Shown here piece by piece: positions 45,651 through 56,500 of a DNA stretch of 64,000 nt (its first letter is position 1; every line of letters starts with the position of its first letter). A model generated the notes under the pieces. It did not search any database. It had not been told where the DNA came from and was given only the letters and a program-made list of their open reading frames with translations. Source of the stretch: a virus (Duplodnaviria; Caudoviricetes); IMG/VR virus record IMGVR_UViG_3300047561_001367, positions 1-64,000 of that record. One strand, written 5' to 3'. The position numbers and the translations under genes were made by a program.

Positions 45651-46478
45651 ATGGATAAAAATACAAAAAATTGGTTGTACGAATTTGAAGCTAAAACCGA
45701 ATCTGGTGAAGTTAAAAAGTTTGCAGTTTTAAAAGCCAATCGGCGCATGAGGGAAGATGGCGAGTTATTTTATTCGAGTGAGGTCTCTAGATTTGCAAAA
45801 GCAGGTGTTTTACCAAAAGCGGCTTGGAATACAATCTTATCAGATGGCGGCGGAAGTATCAGTGAGAAAGACCGCGAACTATATGGAAATTTATTGATGG
45901 ATTTTCGTGATAAGTCTTTTGATTTACAGGCTATTTTAATTAAAAACGTTTCGGAAAGAAGTGAGGATGAGCAGCTTCGTAGCACGAAATTAATCGAGGA
46001 ACTTGAGGCTATCAAGCAAGAAATCCAAGGGTTTGAAGCTTCACAAATTTCTATTTTTGAGAATACGGCTGAGTCTAAAGCTAGAAATCGCGCCATCTTG
46101 TGGTGGGTTATGAATCTTGCCTATAAAAAAGAGGGTGAGACTTATGAACTATTATTTGATGGAAATAGTTTTAATGATAAATTAGATCTTTATGATTCCC
46201 TTGAGGAAGATGCTACTAAACATGCGTTCTTACTCGGGGTGTTAAGGAGAATTACTTATTTAATTACCCTTTGGTTCTTAGGTCGTGCTGAAAATACAGA
46301 GGATATGAAATCTTTTGATGACATGTTCTTAAAAGACAATGATTTGGGTTCAGAAGAAACTTCTACAGAAACTAAAACACCAGTTGTTGAGGAAAAAGTT
46401 ACAGTGACCGAGACTGTTGTTGAAAAGATTGAAGCGGTTGCTACCGAGACAGTCGCTCAGGACACTCCAGCCGCATAA
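45651..46478 (+). CDS. tail assembly chaperone candidate
   Basis: Acidic helical protein between tube and TMP. Confidence 0.55.
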   Translation: MDKNTKNWLYEFEAKTESGEVKKFAVLKANRRMREDGELFYSSEVSRFAKAGVLPKAAWNTILSDGGGSISEKDRELYGNLLMDFRDKSFDLQAILIKNVSERSEDEQLRSTKLIEELEAIKQEIQGFEASQISIFENTAESKARNRAILWWVMNLAYKKEGETYELLFDGNSFNDKLDLYDSLEEDATKHAFLLGVLRRITYLITLWFLGRAENTEDMKSFDDMFLKDNDLGSEETSTETKTPVVEEKVTVTETVVEKIEAVATETVAQDTPAA

Positions 46479-46481
46479 CAT

Positions 46482-47519
46482 GTGGAGAATAAAAAGCAGT
46501 TTAATTTTGGTAGAATTTATAATGAAGTAGCGGATGGTTGCTCTGAGAAAATTATAAATAAATATCGGGTTTATTTTAAGCACCCTACGGTCTCTGAAAA
46601 TTTTACAATTTACGCTAGGTATGATAATATTTTAGCAGAGGCCAAATTAAAGGGACTATTAACCCAAGAAGAGAAGATTAATGAGGCTATAGAGGGTGGT
46701 TGGTGGACAAAAGATAAAGAACGTGAAATTTATATTTTACGTAAATCTGTTGCAAATTTAATTAAAACCCGTTCTAAACTGATAATACCCTCTCAAAAAA
46801 ATGCTATTAATACTCAAATTAAACGTAATGAGTCTATACTTTTAACATTAATAAAAGAAAGGCAGGAGTTTCTTAATTATACAGCTGAAGAGTATGTTAA
46901 TAGTCGATTTGTTGATGAAATGATTATTTATTATTCTTATAAAGATAAATCTTTAAAGGAAAAGTTGTTTGAAAATTTAGATGAGTATTTTGATATAGCA
47001 GATGAAATTTCTGAAAAAATTCGAACTGTTTATAACACATACGATACCGAGTTGGGTGATAAAAATGTGCGTATGGTTGCCGCATCCGGATTTTTTCAAA
47101 ACATGATTTATTTAGGGGATACTTGTGTAGATTTTTGGGGGCAACCAGTTAATAAATGTAGTAAATATCAAATAGATTTATTAGTGTATGGAAAGATTTA
47201 TAAAAATGTAATTAAAAATCGTTCAGAAAATGGTGAGCCAGTAAGAGATGAGATATTGAGTGATCCAGAATTATTTCTTAATTGGATGGAAGATGAGAGT
47301 AATAAATCTAAAGCTGGTAATTCAAATAGTAATTCAAAATATAATTTTGATAAGGGTAATAATGCTGTTACAAGTTATGTGGGAGCGAGTGCCGACGATT
47401 TAGAAAAAATGGGTGTTAAAGTCGAAAAAATAAAAGGTAAGAGTCTATTGGATTTAGCTAGAGAGAAAGGTGGTACTTTAGAAAAAAGTGATTATTTGAA
47501 AGTCAGAGAAAATTTATAA
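46482..47519 (+). CDS. second tail assembly chaperone candidate
   Basis: Immediately precedes the TMP. Confidence 0.5.
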   Translation: MENKKQFNFGRIYNEVADGCSEKIINKYRVYFKHPTVSENFTIYARYDNILAEAKLKGLLTQEEKINEAIEGGWWTKDKEREIYILRKSVANLIKTRSKLIIPSQKNAINTQIKRNESILLTLIKERQEFLNYTAEEYVNSRFVDEMIIYYSYKDKSLKEKLFENLDEYFDIADEISEKIRTVYNTYDTELGDKNVRMVAASGFFQNMIYLGDTCVDFWGQPVNKCSKYQIDLLVYGKIYKNVIKNRSENGEPVRDEILSDPELFLNWMEDESNKSKAGNSNSNSKYNFDKGNNAVTSYVGASADDLEKMGVKVEKIKGKSLLDLAREKGGTLEKSDYLKVRENL

Positions 47520-47560
47520 AAAAAAGTGTAAATATTATACACACAAAGGATTAAGGAATA

Positions 47561-50500
47561 ATGGCTAATATTGATATCACCATAGGCGGAAATACACGGC
47601 AACTGGAAAAAGATATCCAGAATACCGTTAATAAATCATATAACATTAATTTAACGACAAAGGGCGATCAACCCCTTGGTCGTATTACTGGAAAAGTAAA
47701 CGAATTTACAAAATCGTTAGACGCTTCTAATGCTCGTGTTATTGCGTTCGGAGCTAGTGCTGGAGTTATTTATGGAATACAAAGGGCTTTTGATTCTTTA
47801 GTATCTTCCACAATTGAAGTTCAAAAATCTTTACAAGATATTAACGTTATTTTAAACGTTTCTACTAGTCAAATAAATAAATTTGGATCTGAACTTTTTA
47901 ACATAGCTAAAAATACTGGGCAAAGTTTTCAAGAAGTTGCCAAAGCTGCTACTGAATTTTCAAGACAGGGGTTGGGTGTTGAGGAAACTTTAAAAAGAAC
48001 AAGTCAAGCCCTAATTTTATCACGTTTAAGCGGACTGGATGCAGCAAAAAGTGTTGAAGCCTTAACGGCTGCCGTAAACTCTTTTGCTTCACAAGCCGTT
48101 ACTGCATCTGAAGTTGTTAATAAATTTGCAAATGTTGACGCTGCATTCGCAGTTAGTTCTGGCGATCTTGCGGAAGCTATTAGCCGCGTTGGTAGTAGTG
48201 CTGCACAATCTGGCGTTAGTTTAAATGAACTTATTGCTATTGTAACTTCTGCGCAGCAAACTACCGCGCGCGGTGGCGCTGTTATTGGTAACTCTTTTAA
48301 AACAATATTTACAAGATTACAACGCGGCAAGGTAGTAGACTTGTTAGGCAGTTTGGGTGTTGGAGATACTGACAGTCAAGGTAAAGTTAAATCTACAATT
48401 CAATTACTACAAGATTTAGCTAAAGTTTACGATACGCTCGGGCGCGGTCAACAGTCAGATGTGGCAGAAAAAGTCGGTGGCGTATTTCAAATTAACATTT
48501 TAAAAGCAGCTCTTGCTGATTTAGGTAAAGAATATTCTGTTTATAATAGCGCATTAAGAACTGCTGCATCGTCTACAGACCAAGCTATTTCAAGAAATGA
48601 GGCGTTGAATAAAACTTACGCAGCGCAATTAAATACCCTTAGTCAAAATGCTAAACAATTATCTGCAAATGTTGGGCAACGAGTTTTAGGTCCGACTTTT
48701 GATAGAGTCGTTGGCGGTGCAAATGATCTTCTTGGTGGCGTTAATGAAAGTGATGGTCAAGGTGTTGGAGCTACTCTTGCCAAAGGAATTCTTGATGGAA
48801 TAGGTAAAACTATTGCTGGCCCAGGATTGGCTTTAATTGGTGGCGTTCTTATTAAATTAATCGGTGACTTTAGTAAATTTGCTGCTGGTAGCGTAAAAGA
48901 ATTATTGGGTTTAAATACCGCTACTAAACAACAGGCTGATTTACAAAAGAGTGTTAATGATATTTTATCTAAGAATCCAGCGTTAATTGAATTGGCGCTT
49001 AAAGGAGAACAGGGCTTAGCAAGCGCGGCAGAAGTTTTATTATCTAATTTAAGAGCGCAAACTGTAGAGTTAGAAAAACAACAGCAAATTTCTGCTAAAC
49101 TTGCACAACAATTTTATGGCGCTGGAGTTCGTGTTACAGGTGGTGTTCCAACTGCTCCGCCAGCGCCAAAAGCCAAAGGTAAAGCGGCTGGATATATTCC
49201 GAATTTTGTTTCAGATGCAATTGCAGAAAAATATACAGCGATTTCTTTGGGTGCCACTTCTACTGTTCGTCCACATATGTCGGAAGGTACAATTGGTGGG
49301 CGGAAGTTCGTAATGAATGACCAAGAAACCGAATATCCAGGAGTGGGTCGTAATGGGGATTCAATGGTCATTCCACATTATGCTGCAAGAGGGTTCGTTC
49401 CTAATTTTGCACCAGCTAATATTAAAGCAATCAGAGAGGGGAATATATTTGAAAAACAGATAAATAAAATTTTATTTGGAATCGAATCAGATGCTGGTAG
49501 TAGGGCATTAGACTTTTTACCATCAAATTCTATTGGGTCATTACCAAGTGAAATTAAAAAAAGTTTAAATATTAGTCCAGCCTCTAGATATGGAGATGCA
49601 AAAAGAACGGAAAGTAAATCTAGCCAGGCGAATTTCGTCTCTAAAGTTCTTAGACAATTTCCGAATATACTTAATAATAGAGAACCTGATAAAAATAATT
49701 TTATTGACCTTAGCAATGCCCCAGAACTGAGTGGGTTAGCCATGTTATTTATTAATGAGGGTACTGATAAAAAGAGTTTTGCTTATTTGGGAACTGGAGG
49801 CCCTAATAAAGTAGCGCAAGGGAAAGGCTCTAATTATGGACAAAAAACTGGAAAAATTTTTCAACAAAATAAGGCTATAGCAAATAATAAAAGAAATGTT
49901 ACGATAAAAGTTCCATATTTATCAGATAAAATAGATGTATCTAAATTGCCAAGCTTGGAAAGTGGTAAAAGGTCGTATGCATCTAAATTTAAGAAATCAT
50001 TTGCATCTGGCTTCATTCCGAATTTTGCAACCACTGGTACTGGATCTGTAATTGATCTAGGAGATATAGCGGCGGGTAGCCCAATATTAAAAGGAAAAAT
50101 TGCGTCATTAATTTATCCAGGTGAGTCTAGCGGTATTCAAAAGGTACCTGTAAAATCTGTATATAGAGGTCAAGCTTTTAAAGGTCTTCTGCCGACTGCT
50201 GGCATTAATAAAGGCGAATTAAAACAGGGTATTAATATACCTAATGTTGAGGATGACGTAGAGCAGATGCTTTTAAATCAGGCTAATAATTTTGGCCAAG
50301 TACTTTCAAGTAGCGGTATACCAATGAGTGCGCTTGTAAAGGGCGAGTTGCCGAACACTGGCGCGGTAAAAGGCGCGGCAGGAGTTGCATTTGAAGGCGC
50401 GGTAAAAAGTGTTGTAAATAAAAGCTTACAGTCTACATCTCAAAATGCTAATATAGACTTTGCAAGTCCAAGTACTAAATTAAGAAGTATTTTTAATAAA

Positions 50501-53500
50501 GCTCCAGGCGTATATGACGCTAAATATACAACGGGATTAGCAGATGATGTTTTAGCTAAACTTTTAAGATTCGCGCAACCAGCCGTTGCCGGAGTCACAA
50601 AACAAGTGACGAGCGGTCCTGGATTTAAAGAGTATCAAGCTAAACGTCAAGCCGCTTTAGATGAGATTAAAAAAAGCGGGGTAACTGGATCCGTAAATAT
50701 TAAAAAAGCTTTAAGAGGTAAAGGTTTTGCGCGGGGTTTTATTCCAAATTTTTCTGCCTTACAAGACGCAGTAGCTCGTGAACAAGGGGCTGGAATTCCT
50801 AAGAGTCAAATTTATATTGCACAACATTCGCGTCTAGCAGCGGCAGGCTATAATCCATTAGGTCTTGGAGTATTTAACAAAATTGATGAACCTACAAGCG
50901 CAGCAAGAGACGGTGCAGTAAAAAAACGCGGTTATGCTGGCGGATTTATTCCAAATTTCGCAGACGAGGGTGCGCAAACTCCTAGTTTTACACAGGGTGT
51001 TTTGGCCGTTGGCACCCAATTAACTACTTTAGCTTTTATATTAGGCGCAAGAAGAGCTGATATAAATAAATCTTTAATAGATATAGCTAGAGCAAATAGG
51101 GACCAAGCGAAATCTAAAATTAAAGCGTTAAAAGAGGAATTGAATGCAAAAGTTCAAGTTGATTCTGGACTAAGAACTGCTGGCATTAACCCAGGCGTGT
51201 TAATGACCGAAAAATCTGCAAATTCACCTGAACGTCAAAGAGGTTTACAAGCACAAATTGATGCTTTAAAAAGTGGAAAGGGTAGATTTGGGCCAAGCAC
51301 GGGTCAACGCTTTATGGCAAGTGTTGGCGGTGGTCAAGGACTGGCAAATATAGGTATGTTTGCAGCTCCTATAATAGCTGAAACTATAAAAAATCAAATA
51401 CCACAAGATACAAAAGGTGGTCGTGTTGGAGCGTCAGTTGTTAGTGGTTTAGGGCAAACGGCTAGTATGGCTGGAACTGGATTTATGTTAGGTGGACCTA
51501 TGGGGGCTGTTGTTGGTGGACTTGTAGGTGCGGGTATAGCGTTCACGGATGTTATCAATCAGGCTAGTAGCGCATTACCCGAGTTGACTGCAGCAGCAGA
51601 AAAAGCTGGTCAAGCATTGAGTAGATCTAACGATCAATCCCAACAAATACGCGCTGGAATTGGTCAAATAAAAGAACTTCGTAACGCTGGAAATTTCAAA
51701 GACGCCGCTAAACAACAGTTGAATTTAGAACAGTTGATACGTGAGATGGAACTCGGCCCAGGAGTTAATCGTACAGATGCGTTAGCGGCAATTAAACAGT
51801 TAGATTTCGCTGGTTTAGAACAGGCTCTACAAAAAAATACTGATGCATTAACAAGACAGGGCACGAGTACTGGTAATATTGAAAGTATTACAAAACTTAT
51901 TGAAGGTGGGAAGGGTAAAGAAGCTGGCACAAAACTTTTTCAAATTGGGCAACGTGAAGCAGCTGGGTCTGGCAAAGAATTAAGCGCTAAAGATTATGAT
52001 AAATCTATAAGAGACATAATTAATGTTTTTAGAAAAGTTAAATCTAATGTAGAAGTAAGTCAATCAGAGTTTGAAAAACTCCCTGGATTTAGTAAAGAAT
52101 TGATAAATCAAATTGCTGATGGATCTATAGATGCAGGCCAACTTACTGACATTTTACAGGGTTTATTGGGTGCGGCTGGGGACGCAAGAAAAGAGGCTGC
52201 CGAAATTGCAAAAAGATTAGGAAAGGGAAATCCGCCACTTCAAAAATTAATTGAAAGTTTTACAACTGCCCAATCTAATATAGCTAAATTTGCACAACAA
52301 GCCGCTATTACAACCGCTCTACAAAGTGAATTAAATAATGCGATTTCTACAGCTAAAGATGCAATCCTCCAAAATGATTTAGAAAATAAATCTGAAATCT
52401 TTGGAAAAGATCTTTTAAATAATCCAAAATTAGCGCAACAGTTCGGATTAGATGCTGGTTTAAATAAAATTAAAGGGCCGGAAAATAATGATAGTGTTAT
52501 TAAAGCTCAAACTGCCCTTAGTGATTATGTAAAAAACACTATAACAAATAATTTATCAGCACAAGCCGGTGGTATATCATTATCTGGAAAAGATAGTAAT
52601 ACCCCTATTAACGATACTCTTGCAGCTGTTACGAGTTTACAAGATGTAATACAAAAATTAATTAATACGACTAGCGGTAATAATATTCAATTAAATAATG
52701 TTGGTTTAAATCCTGATGAACGTTCTACACAAATAATTGATGAAATTAAAAAATTAACTGGAAACGAAGTTTCGACGGAAGATCAGGCAAAAATTCGTGA
52801 GTTAAATCAGCAACTTGTACGAGAAACTGTAATAGGGAATACTATTCAAAGACAACAATTAAGAGTTCTAGCGCAAAACAGTATACAAAATTTAGTAAAA
52901 CAATTTGTTACAGCTACTCAAAATGCATTTGGTGGTAAAGAGGGGTTTGTAGGTGGCAATTTAGAATTATTTGATAATTTAGATCAAGCTGTGGCTGATT
53001 TCAATAATCTTCAAAATGTATCTGATAACCCATTAAAAATAGAGCAGGGTCGTGCAAGTACTACAATATTAGACGAATTAAGTAAGTTAATTGGGCGTGA
53101 CGTAACGGGTTCGCTAAGTCCAGATAACATGTTAGTTAAATCTGCAACGCAAGGTCAAGCCCTTGACTTGCAAGCAAATATTGAAGAAATGCTATCCACT
53201 ATCACAAAACTTCCTGGTGGCGGTGAAGATTTAAAAGGTACAATAGTTAGCTTATTGCGTGAGCAAAGTGGGGCTGGGACGAATAATATACAAGATATCG
53301 CACAGCAAATGGCTAAAACGCGGGTTGGTGGTCAACAAGCAAATAATGGTTTATTAGAGGACCTTAGAAGAAATGCAATAGCTAATTTAGAAGATCTAAA
53401 TAAAAGGGAAGGTAGCAAGGGTAAATATGATGAAATCATAAAGATGGCTAAAGAAAATCCATCTGGCATATTTAATGATACCCAAAGTTTAATTGCTAGT

Positions 53501-56500
53501 GAAACTTCAAGACAAACGGGTATTCTAGAACAGATATTAAATGCAATTAATAATAAAGGAGGGCTTACTGGTGAGACTCAAAAAACAACATCTGATACTA
53601 CAAATACACAGTCAGAATCTACTGATAGAAAGATTAAAGTAAGGCCGGTTCCAGAAAATTCATCCTATACCACTATGTCTTCCGGCTTTGTTCCTTCATT
53701 CGCCAAAGAAGCTCGTGATATTAAAAAGGGTATTGGCGGCGCGCTTGCTAGTGACAGAGCTAAATTCATTCCGAATTTAAACGGCAAACCAGCCGTGATT
53801 AATAGCGGCGAAAAATTAATTCCTAATTTTGCTAATACTGGACAAACAGCCGTATTAACCAGAAACATGCAGAAGATGATGAATATGGCCGGTGGCTTTA
53901 TTCCGAATTTTGCAACAGGTTCTGCCAAAGATGAAAAACAATTACAAGAAGCGTTACTTAGAGCGGCTGGAGTAAACTCCCTTGTTCAAAAAAATCTTGG
54001 GCTAGGATTTGAGAACCCATTAGGGGCAGCTGGAGAAATACCTAGCGTGGAAAGATTTAATGCAAATGATCCTAATAATAAAAACTATAGGGCTTTTACT
54101 GAAATTTACGGACGTTCCGCTAAAGTTTCATTCAAAGCTGGCGCTGTAGGGGTAGGAACAATATCTAATGAGGCTACAGCATTAACACAAAATTTACTAC
54201 CGACCACTAATAATCCAAGCAAATTAAGTGAAAATCTTAGTCAATCGAGTGAAATGAATAGGGCGGTTGGAATTCGTGGAACTAATAAGGACAGTTTAGC
54301 AAAAGCTCAAAAAGAATATCGGAAAAGATTAGAAAAATATGCAGATAAAATTGTTGCATTAAATGAGAAAGCTGGTAAACCATTTGCGAAAACAGAAAAT
54401 CTTAAACTTTCTGGAATGGAAGGTTATGATAAAAGAGCGTTCGGTGTAAATGATGCAAGTAGGGGTATTATAACGTCAGAATTTGTTAAATCGAATTCGA
54501 GAGATTATAGTATTGAAAGATTAAGTACTCTAAATTCAATGCTATTTGAGGGGATACAGAGGGGAGGGATTACTGCTGAAGATCTTATATCCCAAGGAAT
54601 CGCTAAAAATAAAGACGAGTCAGATTACATGATAAGAGAAATTGAAAAAATTTCAAATCTTACTTCTACACCTACGCCGAAGCCTACGGCTACGCCAAAG
54701 CCTAAGCCCGCACCTGCGCCTACTCCCACGGCTACGCCAAAGCCGGTTCCTACCGCAACACCTAAACCCGCGTCACCATCTCCATTACCACCGCCAACAA
54801 ACACACCTACATCTACCCCATTAATACCTAAAAATTTACCAATTGGTGCGACGCCATTTTCTAGAGCCTCCATTCTAACAAATTTTAGGGACAACCCAAT
54901 AGAAAATCCAGGTAATATAAACCGTATGGTAACAGATAAAAATGGCAGACTTGTGGGTTATTCACGTCAATTAGTTGATGGAAAAGCTATGGCTAAAGCT
55001 GGTAAAAGCGTATCTGAAATAGAAAAAGCAACAAGAATGGCTAGAGACGCGGCTCGTGCGGCAAATAGTCCATATCAATTAATTGGTGGACAAAATAATC
55101 GCCCAGGGGTACAAATTAATAAAACAACTGGTATGTCTAATTACGTTCCAAAGGCGGTTTTAAATGATAAAAAAACTACTGGAGATTTATCACAAAGAAT
55201 TACTGATTTAAAGAATCAACGCAGTCAAGCTAGCCAACCATCACAAATATCAAGACGTTTAGATGGAGTTATTACTCCTGGAGTTAGTTTCGAGAGAGTA
55301 GGGCGGGATGTTTATAGAGATACGGCAACAGGTGCATTAACTAGTAATCGTCAAATGTCTGCGGGTAAAGTAACGACTTCTGCTATGCGCGAAGCCCAAG
55401 CTCGCCAAGACGAGATGAATAAAAGGGCAAATTATTCTACAGGATTTATTCCAAATTTTGTTAATGCTGCTGACTATAATAAGCAAAGAATAACTCAGAT
55501 GACTCCAGATAAAGATGGGTTAGTTCCCAACTCTCCATTTTCAAAAATAGCTAGAAAATATTACGATAGAAATTTACTTCAAAAAAATATTGGTTTTAGT
55601 GAATTTGAGACACTTTATGGTAGGGCTAACGGGATTGGAGAGGGTAATGGATTGGGTATCGGTCCTGATTCATATTTAACAACAGCTAGTGTTGCAAAGG
55701 GCACCCCAAAATCAAGAAAACTTCCGATGGCTATTCAAATGGCGCTTTTTAATAGAGCGGCCTCGCCAATTTCAGAATATACTAGCCTGTTTGATAACAC
55801 TACAATTAAAACTGGTGGTGGCAGAGGTATTCCAGCCGCTAATTATACAAATGTCGAAAAAGAGGGTAGAATTTCATCTTATAGAAATGGGCGTTTGATG
55901 TCTGTTCAACGGCCATCTAATGAAAGCTATGTGACAGAGGGAACTACGGATGATACTATAGCAAAAAATATCGGCAAAGGAATAACTCAATATTTTGGAT
56001 CAAAAGACGCACAATTGGGTGGCTTGGGAAGTTACAAGGGTAGAAGAGAAGTCCAAGGAAATACAACTTCATTATACGATAAAAGTGATAAACTTATTGG
56101 TACTGCATATAGTCTTGTAGGTGGGGAGGCAATGAGACAAGCTGGTAAGAGTATATCCCAAATAGAAGCCGCGACTAGAGCGGTCAGACAAACGAATGAG
56201 CAAAAACCTGGCGGCACTGGGGAAATATATCATGTAGGACCAAAAGCTGGTGAACGTACAGAAGCACAAAAAAATAAAGATGCCGGAATTAACCCAGTTA
56301 GTGCTCCTAGTTTAGATTCCATGCCAGATAAGGAAAAAATTAAGCCAGCATATGCACACGGTTTTATTCCAAATTTTGCTAAAAATTTTGATGGCAAATC
56401 ATTCTTACGCGCGGCAAAAGAGGCGGCTAACGCAGAAATTCAGCAAACAGGTGGTACCGCAAGACCAGCACTTGGATTTGATAAAGGCAATCCAAATAAA

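Noticed and set aside
46476-46484. Read-through or frameshift fusion of the two tail chaperone genes (TAA CAT GTG, same frame)
   Set aside because: Three-nt in-frame gaps are common here (18282/18286, 19158/19162, 22587/22591), the stop is TAA, the second gene has its own start, and I saw no convincing slippery site.
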